Counted from the first letter of the whole stretch, positions 50,507-63,000 are shown. The stretch is DNA of 63,071 bases, filler included, from Lenisia limosa (GCA_001655205.1; 12 parts of 12 records of this genome joined end to end with filler, not necessarily neighbours in it); one strand, 5' to 3'. A program made the numbers and translations. The notes: generated by a model from the sequence alone, not told the origin.

Positions 50507-53299
50507 GCATGTGTAAGAGATAATACCTGTAGTAAAAAATAAAAACAAATGTCTGACCTAAAAAGTCGCCTAGTCTTCTTGATAGCATCCAGGTGAGACA
50601 ACAGAGCCTGGGGGGCAGAGGAAGACGACACAGACGGAAGGGCAGCGAGTCGATAGTCGAAAAAAACACGAAACACCACAGCAGAAATAAGAAACACCCC
50701 AGCAGAAACACGAATCAAGAATATATTTCAAAAAACTTACCCCACTTTTCAATGAAGAGGGTATGTGTGTGCGCTGTAATATGTGGAAAGAGAATCCCTT
50801 CTATTATTTTGTAGTATGGTTAAGAAAAAAAGTACTTCAAGATATCTTCGAGTCAACCACAAACCTCTCTTTTCCATTTCGCCTTGAGCCGAAGTCACAG
50901 TATAGGTAGCAAGTAAAAAGGCAAGGTCTAACAATCAGACTCAGAGCACTAAAATAGCCAGAAGGCGGTCCAAACACAATTTTCTTTTTTCATTCTTCTT
51001 CCGATGTAAATTACATTTAATATGATGCCTTCTGACTTCCACAGAAGACGAAATAACACAAATTGAGAACAAGATCAAAAAGTACACTGTGTAAGTAAAT
51101 ACGTTTGTTTTGCGTAACATGTTCTTCATGATTTATTTTTTTTTCACTCTGAACTTAAAATATACTTTTATTTTCCATTGTTTTGTGGAATGGTACCTGC
51201 AACCTTTATTTTGGATTTACCATAGGTGTTTTATGTAGATGAAAAAAAAGAGAAAGAAATACATATCGATTTGTGTATCACAACTCTTCACAAAAATCCA
51301 ATATTAACAGTTTAAGATTTTTTTACCCTCTCCAAAGCAAAATAACACCAGAACTTGTTCAATAGCTCAGCGGTATTGCCGTTTTCATGCCACATTCGAT
51401 CGATTCGGTCTTCTAAAGAATAAACAATGAAGAGGAGAGTTCTAAGATACAAAGTTTATCACAAATATATATCATACAATATAGCTAATAATATTGTGTT
51501 CAATTAATTTTGGAGATAAACAACACTCAATAATAGGTGATAAAAGGGGGGGAAATTCATAATAAAGAGGCACAATACGTTAAAAGAGTCAAACAAGGTT
51601 GTATCTGGCCGAAGCCGTTCACACCATCACGCTCAGAGATATTGAATAATTGTATAATATTAATTCACCATATCTTTGCTTGCAACCAATTTGATAAATA
51701 AAACATGAATAGACCTTTTCAGGGAAAGCTCTGATGAAATAACTTTCAAATGGAAAGTTGTCTCTGATATCTGAAGCAGAACACTGATTCACGAATGTGC
51801 TATTTCAAGCAAATTTAACTGCTGTAGTTATATTTCACAAATATTTTACACAGTTATTTTTGTGCTAAATATTATTAACTCATAAGTAACTAAATCAACT
51901 TAGTGAAAACAATGATCCCACTGATGTGTAGTGTGATATGATGTGCTGGGGTGGTAGTTCGTCTTGGAGTTGGTTCACAACAACAACATGATGATTGATC
52001 TCCTATCACTATCACTATCTCTTGCGATCTTGTGGCAGAACGTTTATGACAAATATGCATATATAATACAATACAATATAGTAATCTGGTATATGTTGCC
52101 AGAGAGAGAGAGAGGAAAGAGGAAGCGACTGGGCTTGCCGGGAGAAAAGTGTGCAAGATACCTAAATCCGAAATTTTTTTATTTTGAAATGAATTGAGTC
52201 ACCTAGTTTATCATCTTTTTCACCTAAAGTGCTCTGGTGATTTTTATTTTTTTTCAAGATATTGCTCTAAATATTAATTGGTAGTTTTTGGAATCAAAGA
52301 GACCAAAAACGCCTTATGTGAATATGTCCCACTTAATATCCAACCCATCTGTTTCTTTATCGAAACTACTCCATCTCCATGCTTCATCGAAATCTTCGTA
52401 TTACCCCTCATTTATTTCATATTGAATAATACCCCTCTCCCTCCTATTCCATTGTTGTAGGTGTTGTTTGTATTACTGAATTGAAAAAGATCAAGGCTTG
52501 GCAGTGAAATGGAATGAATGAAGGTCACACTATTATTAATTGACTATGGAAGAAATTTCAGATCTAGCCTTCAATACCATGATTTTGCTGAACAAATGGA
52601 CGAATCATCAATTCATTCATTCAACAATTAACGTTTTTTTTCCGTGGTCATTCTCTTGAGAAATTCAATACCATGGAATTGCTGCTTAATGTGAACAAAT
52701 GGACGAATCCTCAATTCATTCAAAAATTTACAGGGGGTTTTTTTTTTCCTGTCTTGAGAAATGAGCTCTTCTTCAGATATTAGTAGTTTTTTGTAACTTA
52801 CTCAAGAGGGACTGGTCTGGACAGCAGCAGCGCCCTTAAATTTTTTATGTTTTCCTATAGGTAGGAGGAAGCTATCGGCGGAGGAACTGTGGAACCGTTG
52901 TTTGTTTGTCTTCTTCGCTGCTGTTTCGCTTGGATGATTTCTCTCTTTGGACAATTATCGAGTAGTTGAGCAGTTTGAAGATTCCAAATGTTGATATTCT
53001 CCAAAAACAAGAAGGATTGTAATAGCACGAATATGGTATCTGATATTTTTTTAAATAGCACAGGAATAGCATGACAGAAATTAGCTAGTGAGCTAAAAAT
53101 AGCTGTGAATTAGCACAAATTGAGTGCGACGCAAGTAAAATTTAGCAAGGGTGTTAAAATAACAGAAAAATAGCATAATCGAAATTCAGTGTGTTTCTCA
53201 AAATCGACTGAAGAGTCATTATTGAATCCATGGCTCATCCCTAATTTTACCAAAATATTAATTTTTAGACAGATTTGACGATTAAAAATTGTAGCTAAA

Positions 53300-53783
53300 T
53301 TTACATCAACTTAAACCCTGAGGGCGCCCATATTATTAGTTTTTTTGAGGGAGAATTGATTACTTGCCGAATTTTCCCCATCCATACCTTTTTTATATAT
53401 TCTATTATTGCCTTTATAACACAGAAATAAACACCAACCTAATCTTTGTTTTCTTTTTTTGGTCATTCTTTGCACACCAGCCTCAAACTGAATATATCTG
53501 AGGAAAACAGTAGACGTGTCATCAGTTAACTTCAAAGCCTTTTCAAAAATGCGCCTTCGGTTTAATATACAAGACACTTCATTCTAGATTGTGTTAAGAA
53601 TCATAAACGATATGGCATGCCTTTGTCAATAATCTTTTTCCAAGTAATAATTGAAACTCGAATTGCATACCCAATATAAAAACAACTACTAACCTCCAAA
53701 ATATTCAAAAGTGAACTATCCATTTCAAAGACTGAACAAAAGAACTATATCACAATTACACCTTTTCCCACAAGCCGTAGCAT
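53300..53783 (-). CDS. UTP6: UTP6-like N-terminal (U3-assoc-6) exons with very short introns
   Basis: Removing introns 53732-53761 (30 nt), 53657-53693 (37), 53584-53620 (37, GC-AG) and 53412-53438 (27) gives MLRLVGKVFEMDSSLLNILEFQLLLGKRLLTKNEVSCILNRRRIFEKALKLTDDTSTVFLRYIQFEAGVQRMTKKRKQRLG. This matches the UTP6 pattern EI..I+.KR..FE...DFL.YI.YE......+RK.R+G. Confidence 0.7.
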
Positions 53784-54001
53784 GGGTAGTATATAGTTGG
53801 ACCTGGGGAAGCATTGTCAGGGGGTTCCCCTTCCCAAGCAAATTCTGCTGGCAGGNNNNNNNNNNNNNNNNNNNNNNNNNNNNNNNNNNNNNNNNNNNNN
53901 NNNNNNNNNNNNNNNNNNNNNNNNNNNNNNNNNNTGATATGTTTATAATAAACACACATCAGTTAAACTGCCAACGCGTTTCTTTTGGTATTAGGAGTGT
54001 A

Positions 54002-54082
54002 TACAATGACCGGAATAAGTCTTGACTGATTCTCTCCGTAATTTCCCAGGAAAATCGGTAAAGACTTGTCCCGGTCACTGTA
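54002..54082. mobile_element. MITE family B (~80 bp, Tc1/mariner-type TA|CAGTG termini); representative copy
   Basis: TA-CA(G/A)TGACCGG.ATAAGTCTTGAC...AAGACTT.TCCCGGTCACTG-TA. Other copies at 21135-21213, 26224-26301, 30276-30354, 57670-57744. Confidence 0.85.
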
Positions 54083-54236
54083 NNNNNNNNNNNNNNNNNN
54101 NNNNNNNNNNNNNNNNNNNNNNNNNNTTAATTAATTAANNNNNNNNNNNNNNNNNNNNNNNNNNNNNNNNNNNNNNNNNNNNACCCCCCCCCCATCATAC
54201 AAACGTATAAAACAGTTATATAAACGTATAAAAAGG

Positions 54237-55532
54237 TATAACCCCCTCCCCTTCAACCTGCGCATTCATGCCGGCAACAACTTTGGTCACAACCTGGCTC
54301 AGTCTTGCCACGTCATCAAGCCCAACGTCCACGTCACGCCATGTCTCTCCAGCTTCCGCCACCCAGGCCGGAACACTGGAAGCCTTATCAAAAATCTTGT
54401 CGGAAGCGGACGAACTGGACTGAACTGCAGGTTCCGGTGCTTTGTACGCGGCTTCTGGCTGGATTGATGGGGTCGGTGATAGAGCGAGGGGGACGTAAGA
54501 GGGGGTCTCTACGTTTCTGGTGGAGGTTGAGTCTTGTTTTGATGCGGATAGGGGGAAAAGCGATGGTGTTTGTGAGAGGTTCAGGGGAGCTTGTGAGGGA
54601 GTCGGAGATAGATTTAGCGGTACTTGTGATGGAGTTTGGGAAGGAGTTGGAGAGAAAGAGAGGGATTTTCGAGAGGTCTCCTTCAATTTAGCCATAAGTC
54701 TTGGAGAGGGGGTGTAAGGGGACAGAGGGGAGAAAACGGACTTTTTTCTGGGGGTGCACAGTGTCTTGGAGGTAGGGCTGGAAGAGTGAGTTTTCAGGAT
54801 ATGGCGCATTATTAGGGCTTTACACCGATCTGAAAAAAATTGCTTAATAATTCCTCGATAATATTAATGTTGCTAAACCTCCATAAATCTTCGATAAATA
54901 TAAATATTGAAACATGCTCGACAAAGAGCGATATAAAAAGGTGTTTCTAATGCCTGGTTGAATTGAAATGAAGTAAGAAAATAGGCATTGCACCCCACTC
55001 CCGAATTTCAGATTATTCGGTTCGTGTTTTGTACCTCTTTAGTTCTTTTTTTCATAAATTTTCCCATTTTACCCCCCCCCCCNNNNNNNNNNNNNNNNNN
55101 NNNNNNNNNNNNNNNNNNNNNNNNNNNNNNNNNNNNNNNNNNNNNNNNNNNNNNNNNNNNNNNNNNNNNNNNNNNNNNNNNNNNNNNNNNNNNNNNNNNN
55201 NNCAGATGAAGGGCTCCGCTGAGCCTTTTCCTCCCTTCGGTCGCCATTCTCTGACGGTTTAATATCTTTCTGGGGGGCCGTGGTGGAGCCACTTTCAGAC
55301 TCGGGAGAGGCATCGGAAGATCCAGGCCTAGGGCTCGGAGATTTACCAGACTTCCGACTCTTCGGCTCATCTTTAGCCGACCGCTTCAGCCGCCGGGTTT
55401 TAACCGGCGGAGCACGAAGAACCAAGCCCGGCAGCGGCGTGGACTCTTTTTTCGGCTCGGATGTGGAGGAGGGAAGTGCGGGAAGGGGCTTGGATTTTGC
55501 CGGCAAGGGTTTTTGGGCTGATTCAGGGAGAG
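54237..55532 (-). CDS. Fragment of a Ser/Pro/Lys-rich low-complexity protein
   Basis: Open exons 55203-55532 and ~54237-54830 (SPTPSQ repeats), cut off by spacers on both sides. Confidence 0.55.
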
Positions 55533-55633
55533 GNNNNNNNNNNNNNNNNNNNNNNNNNNNNNNNNNNNNNNNNNNNNTTAATTAATTAANNNNNNNNNNN
55601 NNNNNNNNNNNNNNNNNNNNNNNNNNNNNNNNN

Positions 55634-55708
55634 TAATAATAATAATAATAATAACAACAATAATACTAACAATAATAATAGTAATAGTAATAGTAATAGT
55701 AATAATAC
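55634..55708. repeat. (AAT)n/(AGTAAT)n microsatellite
   Basis: Direct inspection. Confidence 0.9.
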
Positions 55709-56058
55709 CATGATTTAATATATCACACGTCATCCCCCCTTACAGAAGGTGATCAAAAGAGCCTGCTTTAGTAGGAGCTAAATGGGTCAATGTCGATTGT
55801 GATATGCAATATCTGTTTCAGCCAGTATTTAACACTGCTTCATATGCATGAATGAAGCAAAGTCTGCCCCCCCCCCACAATCATGGTCAGTCATGGGGGT
55901 GTTGAGCTCATTAGGAATGACAGTTCCAGTTAAGTTCTGGTTAAACCTACAGGAGGTAGAATTGAGTTGCTTGAAGGTAATCAAAGTATCATAGAAAGGT
56001 TGTCATCTTTTTACAGCTGATTTTTTGTTTGTTATTCGTTGTTAATGGTCAAAACAAA

Positions 56059-59000
56059 CCGAGCAGCAGCAAGTGCGGCGGCATCTTCGGCGTTGAGCTG
56101 CGAAGTGTCCACTTTCCTAATATGGTAATAATCTCCTGATATGCAAAAGTGTACTGAACCACTTTCTTAATATGGTAACAGAAGTGGTACGAGGCTCACT
56201 TGTTAGGGAAGAGGCGCTGTAACACGGTGTTTTGTGACTGGTAGTCGGCAGGGGGCAGGGCAGCCCCTCGTCTGTTGCGAGATCGGCCAGGGGGCACTGA
56301 AAGTGATAACAATAATACGGGGATAAAGGACACTTGGATTGATCATAAAATAGATAAAAATACTTGAAAATTGAATAGTGAAGATATAGAATCTTAAATG
56401 CAGTAGAGTGTTTAACGATAGTTTTATTTCAGTAAAAGAGGAACTTCAACAATAGCAAAAATGAGTATTCGATTGTAATATCGTAAATAGGTTAAGAGAC
56501 TAGTTCAGTTCATCGGATATTTGATTCACAAAATAAAATTACAATTCCTCTTTTGAAATTTTTGAGCCCACCCTCCTCATCCCAGGTCAATTCCTAAACT
56601 AGGCTCTTTATGAGATTTTTATAAATGAGCGTTGCCCTAATACTTCCAGGACTGCTGTCGCTTTTGCCAGGGGAAGGTACTCTAGATGGTGAATGTCAAT
56701 GGGTGTTTTGTGCAGTCAACATTGAATACTCTTATGAGATACCCTTCAAATAAGCATAATATATGATATGTATCAAGAAAAAAATATGATAATCACACAA
56801 AAAGCATGCTTTTTACAGTATTGCATACCCCCCCTCCCCCCAAACGGTGACGCCGCCATTTGACTGAGAGTGCTGTGGGCCATGATGGACACCCTTCGTT
56901 TGGCCAATTTGAAGGACTGTGACGAGGCGTTGGCGCCACTAATGCGCGCGGCTGCTGCGAGCTGTGGTGGGAGTGAGTATGGGGGGGGGGGGNNNNNNNN
57001 NNNNNNNNNNNNNNNNNNNNNNNNNNNNNNNNNNNNNNNNNNNNNNNNNNNNNNNNNNNNNNNNNNNNNNNNNNNNNNNNNNNNNNNNNNNNNNNNNNNN
57101 ATTTTGGTTTCCATTATTGTTTCAACTTTTCGTTGCACGTGCTACCAATTATTCTTTGCAAATCACTGGCTGTAAGGTATTGCCATATTTTTGTAATCAG
57201 TTATGATCCCAATGGTTTTGCAATTAAAAATGCAAATATAGTTCTTTTTCTCAGCGCCCCAGTAATACTTGATTTATACTGATGAAATGTTACTTCTTTT
57301 TTGTTTATATTTGTATTTGTTGCAATGTTTAATATAACCCCCACACATACACCAGTCCTTCCATCCCCATCCCCAAATCCCCCGGGCCCACCTTGGCGCC
57401 AGCGCCTGCGGAGGGCGAAGGTGGCGAAGAGGCCATAGGACTACCGAAAGTCGACATAGAGGGTACAGCGTCGGCAACAGGAGTTCCAATTGGGGATGGC
57501 GAAGCGACAGAATGGGGGGACCCGGGGGTGACGGGGGAGAGAGGCTGGGGAGGGAGGTTATGTGTTGTTGAAGTAAGACACTGGGGAGACACGTACACAT
57601 CAGCAATCTGAAGATTATTATGAGGGTTTCAATTCGATCCAAAAATATTGAATTGTACGATATGATACACAGTGACCGGGATAAGTCTTGACTGATTTTA
57701 CTATTTGATTTCCCAAGTAAAATCGGTCTTATCCGGTTACTGTATTATATAGTGTTGTTCAGACCGAGTGAATCCCTGCTACACACCTGGAAAGCCCTAT
57801 TGCTGAGATTGAGATGTTTATGTAAGTCGGTGGCGCTACCTGTGAGGGTAAATAAAGAGGATAGTTATCAGCATCTCGACTCGAATAGTCCCAAAAGCGG
57901 CCACGGAAATTGAACTCAAGTCATTTATTAACCAAAGACCCCCCTCTCCCCACTATCGCGCTGAAGTGCGGCAAGAAGACCAGATCCGCCTCGACTCATT
58001 CGCTTCTCGCGATTCGACGTGGAGCATAGGTTGAAGACCGGGACGGCCGCTTCGATGACGGCCAAAGTCAAGGTCCAATGGGGGCNNNNNNNNNNNNNNN
58101 NNNNNNNNNNNNNNNNNNNNNNNNNNNNNNNNNNNNNNNNNNNNNNNNNNNNNNNNNNNNNNNGACAACACACAGGGTTAACAAAAAAAAAAACAAAGTT
58201 TCAAATTTTTTAATAACTGCACCAACTGTACCCACTCTTGACGTTTTGTAGTTGTTTGTCGCTGAACCGTCAAGTAAGCGGATCAGCTGGAGGAGAATAG
58301 CCAGTGATGACACAGCGTAGTGAGTGGGGCCACTCTGGGGAGTGAGGGAAAGTTTTAAGCTAACGGGGAATGAATAAAAGGGAACTTCACATGATAGTAG
58401 CTTGAGAGAAAAATCCAGAACACTATCACAAAAAAGCAACCCACGATGAATAAAAAAGAATAATAAAGAATTGATTCCAAACATTGACCCACCTGGGCCA
58501 CATCGGCGATGCACGATAGCATTGAGGCAGCTTGCTGAGGGAACCACCTCTTCGAAATTTCGCGACATATCTCCTCCACAAACTCCATGGACGAGGAGTA
58601 GCCACTCTGGTACCTTAGCAGCCGGGTGTAGAGGTGATAGAGAATCAATTTATTCCACCACCAGTCATATAAATAATACTTCGTAAATCCAAATAAATAA
58701 TGATGTACTAAGTTTGTTTGTGTGACACTCCTGGTCCATGCAATTCCATCCGCCAACCTCACAGTACTTCTCCAGGATGTCCGCAATTCGCTCTTCACCA
58801 GCCTGTTTACGGGCTCGAGCTACAGAGTAATAAAATTTGGCATGTTGGATGAAAGAAAAAAGAAATGTGTGTTAAATTGGAAGACCACAAAATATCACAA
58901 AGGCAGAATCAAATACGTAGTGTGTTTGAAGGATTTCAATTTCTAATTTCGGGATGTTTTGAGCCTACTCGCGAGTCTGGAAGCGGCTACGGAAGATGAT

Positions 59001-59060
59001 ATCCACTGGATGTCCCCCATGGACTGCACGCGTAGCATCGGTCTACTGAGGCGAGAGTTC
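56059..59060 (-). CDS. FRY/Tao3/MOR2-like protein, C-terminal region
   Basis: Exons give YQSGYSSSMEFVEEICREISKRWFPQQAASMLSCIADVAQ, SGPTHYAVSSLAILLQLIRLLD and WTLTLAVIEAAV, resembling the MOR2-PAG1 C-terminal domain, followed by phase-consistent Ser/Pro-rich exons down to ~56059. Confidence 0.6.
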
Positions 59061-59574
59061 TAGGGGGCAGTTAGGAGGAAATTATTATGACGTTACATTG
59101 TCAAGTTATTGAAGGAAATTGATTATTCCATGGGGACACCAATACAATACAGAAAACAAAGTGTTTGTAACGGACAGTCCAATCCTCCCCACAATTGGCA
59201 CGGAATCCTTGATGTGAGGGTCGGGGCCGTCTAGGCATGACACCAGCCAGGGCAACAGGCCAATAAGCGACGACAGCGTTCTTGGGAGTTAATGAATCAA
59301 TGTATACCGTGGCGGTGCGAATGGAATATACAGTATGTCTACCGTGGCGGTGCGAATGGAATATTAANNNNNNNNNNNNNNNNNNNNNNNNNNNNNNNNN
59401 NNNNNNNNNNNTTAATTAATTAANNNNNNNNNNNNNNNNNNNNNNNNNNNNNNNNNNNNNNNNNNNNCCCCCCCTCTCCATACTGGTTCTTTTGACAGTG
59501 TACGAATCGTGGTGTCTATAAGGTTCCTGAGTTTCGGCTGGATTGTGAGGAATATTAGCAATGAGAAATAAAAA

Positions 59575-59878
59575 ACTAAGCCCAAAACTAAGCCCAAATT
59601 GAGCCCAAAACTAAGCCCAAAACTAAGCCCAAATTAAGCCCAAAACTAAGCCCAAANNNNNNNNNNNNNNNNNNNNNNNNNNNNNNNNNNNNNNNNNNNN
59701 NNNNNNNNNNNNNNNNNNNNNNNNNNNNNNNNNNNNNNNNNNNNNNNNNNNNNNNNNNNNNNNNNNNNNNNNNNNNNNNNNNNNNNNNNNNNNNNNNNNN
59801 NNNNNNNNNNNNNNNNNNNNNNNNNNNNNNNNNAAACTAAGCCCAAATTAAGCCCAAATTAAGCCCAAATTAAGCCCC
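59575..59878. repeat. 11/12-bp minisatellite AAA(A)CTAAGCCC / AAATTAAGCCC spanning a gap
   Basis: Repeat units on both sides of the 59657-59833 N gap. The array overlaps the stop codon of the RING gene. Confidence 0.85.
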
Positions 59879-60966
59879 CCACAATGTCCATGCAGTTATC
59901 TCGTGTGAAGGGAGTACGGCACTCGGGGCATGCCTGGAATGTTAAAGGGGAAAAGAGACTAGAGTGTAAATTAAAAAAAGAGGCAAGAGAGTTAAGAGAA
60001 TAGAGAGAAGAGATAGTTAAGCAAAAGAGGTGTCACTACAGATTAGTACTTCACTCGATCAATACCACTTTTATTAATATCCGATGTATTAGGAGCCAAA
60101 ACCAAGTCCCCCACTCCCCACTGGGCGTCCCTCCGAAATCTTGAGGATACAAGACGTACAAAAGGTATGAAGACATCCCGAGAGCACCATTGGCTTGTTG
60201 TAGGGCTCGAGACATATGGAGCATTCCATTGACTCTCGGAGGTGCTTGGAGAATTAGGGTCAGCGATACTCTATCAGAGTTGATGTGTCCCAAAAAAGAC
60301 TGAATTTCCCGATGAATTTCGGATATTGGTTCTACTGACTCAGAAGATGCTTGGAGGATGAGGGGTAGGACTTCACTTCGGTTCGAAAAAGATAGGTAAT
60401 ATATGCATAGTTTTCGAGGATTTATCGAGAATTTCCGTCTTTTTTCGAACAGAAGTGAAGCCCTAGCTGGGGGGTCAGGAATATTCCATTAGGGTTATTC
60501 CACAAGTCCCCTCCACCTCCACATTTCGCAGCAGTACAGCAGCGTCTGAAGGCTCTCGCGCCTCTTCCACCAAATTCTCGACCGTGTCCACTCGTTTTTG
60601 GAGATCCTTGATCTGAGTATCGGCGTTCTTCTTGTCCGCCTCCGTTTTCTGGGGGGGGGGGGTAAAATTGAAAAATTTATAACAAAAAAGCCCCAAATCA
60701 ACTCTGTTGGTTGACAATACACGAGGTTTAACAAAACAAACATATCACTTTGTTGGTGAATTGAATTCATGACTAAAACACCCCATAAAAAGGATTAGAA
60801 CTTCACTTTCGGTTCTAAAAAAGACTGAATCCTATAACTCCTCGATAAATATCGATATTATTGCGGTCTTTTGGAACCAGTGAAGCCCTGATAAGGGTCC
60901 TCCCACCGATAGGATCTCCTCTGTGGCTTTGAGGTCGGCCTTGGTGAGGGACAGCGAAGTGGACAG
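59859..60966 (-). CDS. Coiled-coil protein with C-terminal C3HC4 RING finger; 5'-truncated by spacer
   Basis: Exons 60907-60966, 60517-60648, 60122-60244, 59859-59933 (all phase 0) give ...HLRESMECSICLEPYNKPMVLSGCLHTFCTSCILKISEGRPACPECRTPFTRDNCMDIVGGLIWA*. Confidence 0.85.
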
Positions 60967-61176
60967 CTGTGGAGAGGAGGTATTATGGATGACTTATGAA
61001 CCAAAAAAAGCCCAAAATCAACTCTGTTGGCTGACAACACAGGAGGGTAAAGCAGGGCCAGTCGCTTCAACGCACCNNNNNNNNNNNNNNNNNNNNNNNN
61101 NNNNNNNNNNNNNNNNNNNNTTAATTAATTAANNNNNNNNNNNNNNNNNNNNNNNNNNNNNNNNNNNNNNNNNNNN

Positions 61177-63000
61177 CAGCCTACCTGCAAGAGAAGGGTT
61201 ACCCTGAGGTTGCCCTTCAGCTTGTCAAGGACAACAGTCGCAGGTTCCGTCTTGCTATCGAATGCGGGAATGTTGAGGTGGGGGGGTAGAGAAGAGAAAA
61301 ATAACATACGATACGTTTTTTTTGTTTGCAAATAGCTTCCAACACCACAGGTTGCACTGGAGGCCTGCATTGAGATTGACACGAAGGAGAGTTGGAACAT
61401 GCTAGCCAAGGAGGCACTTCAGCAAGGTGGGTAGCGCAATGGGCTGTATTGCAAAGGTTTTAGAAAAATAAAAGTGTTATTGGATGATATGCATGTAGTA
61501 TTTTATGATATTATTAGTGCAATGTTTTCAATAGCAGTAGGGTTTTACATACCATCATAACCCCTTAGGCAACCACCAAGTTGTTGAAATGGCGTACCAG
61601 AAGACCACGAACTTTGACAAGCTGTCATTCCTGTATCTCATCACCGGCAATACCGAGAAGCTTGCCCGAATGCTCTCCATTGCCGGACGGAGAGGGTGAC
61701 TGGGACTGAAATTTATTGCTTTTTCTGTTGTGCTTGTGTTCTAGTTCAAATAGTTGTATGTAGCAAGATACTTTAGATTTACTATACAGAGACGCCATGT
61801 CAGCCATGCACAACGCAATGTACCTCGGATCGCAGGAAGCTGTTGCTCAGACTCTTGCCGTAAGCTTTCTGCCACTCTTCTCTTCAGCCACTAATCAATC
61901 TTTGATTATTTGAGGGGGGGGGGGCAATAATTTCAATTGTTTTTTTTTTTCATTTTTTCATTTTTTTTTTTTTTTNNNNNNNNNNNNNNNNNNNNNNNNN
62001 NNNNNNNNNNNNNNNNNNNNNNNNNNNNNAATTGGGCTTGCTGGACTCGCTGCTGCCCGCCATGGTCTCTCAGAGTTACTCGTAAGCATTATCGTCATGT
62101 GTCAAATACCTGGTTCTACTGCAAAAAAACAAGAATATACAATAATTTCCCTTTGATGAGAACAGGAAATGTACATTGCAGCCATGCCAGAGGGAAGTCG
62201 CCCTGCTCTCATGAAGGCGATTGAGGCTCTGGTGTGAGGGGAACTTTGACGTATCAAATGGTGCCACTGTTTTTTATTTTGTTTCCTTTCTTACTCCACT
62301 AAAAATGACCACAACAGCCCAAAACGCCGGCTACCGTACAGCCCCCCACGCCCGTCTTCATGACCGACGACGCCAATTGGCCTCTTCTCGCCGCCTCCAA
62401 GAAGATCATGGACTACACGTGGGTCCATCATCCTCTCCTCCACGTCCCTCGTTATCGTGTTCTTTCATTTTGCCTTATGCTTGTACTTCATACCATCCTC
62501 ACCTCATAGCGACGCCTACGTGGCGGACGCGGAGGACATCGCTGACGAAGGCGAGAACGGCTGGGGCGGTTCCGACCTCGAGAGTGCCGATGACCTGCCA
62601 GGTTGGTTAAGCTTGTAAACATTCTTATACCCCCGCCAACGCTTTAATTGTTCTTTCAAACTGTCGTGTGTTTCATTTGTTGGCGAAAGAGTAGTTACGA
62701 GTGATTGGATGCGGTGCTGNNNNNNNNNNNNNNNNNNNNNNNNNNNNNNNNNNNNNNNNNNNNNNNNNNNNNNNNNNNNNNNNNNNNNNNNNNNNNNNNN
62801 NNNNNNNNNNNNNNNNNNNNNNNNNNNNNNNNNNNNNTTCATAAAGTTTCCAATTTTACTCCCCCCCCCCCCCAGAAGGCAGTGACATTGATGTTGGTGG
62901 CGAAGGCGACGGCTGGGGCGGAAGTGATCTGAGCGATCTCGACGACATTGAGGACGTGCCGGAGTCTTCCTCTTCCAGAAATGAGGCGGTTGCTATCATC
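61177..63000 (+). CDS. COPA: Coatomer subunit alpha, central region; partial at both ends
   Basis: Spliced exons give [39 protein letters not shown]...[32 protein letters not shown]...NAMYLG...AARHGL...QPPTPV...NWPLL and acidic GWG repeats, all diagnostic alpha-COP motifs. Confidence 0.95.

Noticed and set aside
59575-59880. Interstitial telomeric repeat
   Set aside because: The 11-12-bp mixed unit does not match TTAGGG/TTTAGGG-type repeats, and nothing here ties it to chromosome ends.
60330-60350. Extra micro-exon in the RING gene (CATCTTCTGAGTCA)
   Set aside because: It looks like a decayed partial copy of the start of exon 60122-60244. The frame is complete without it.
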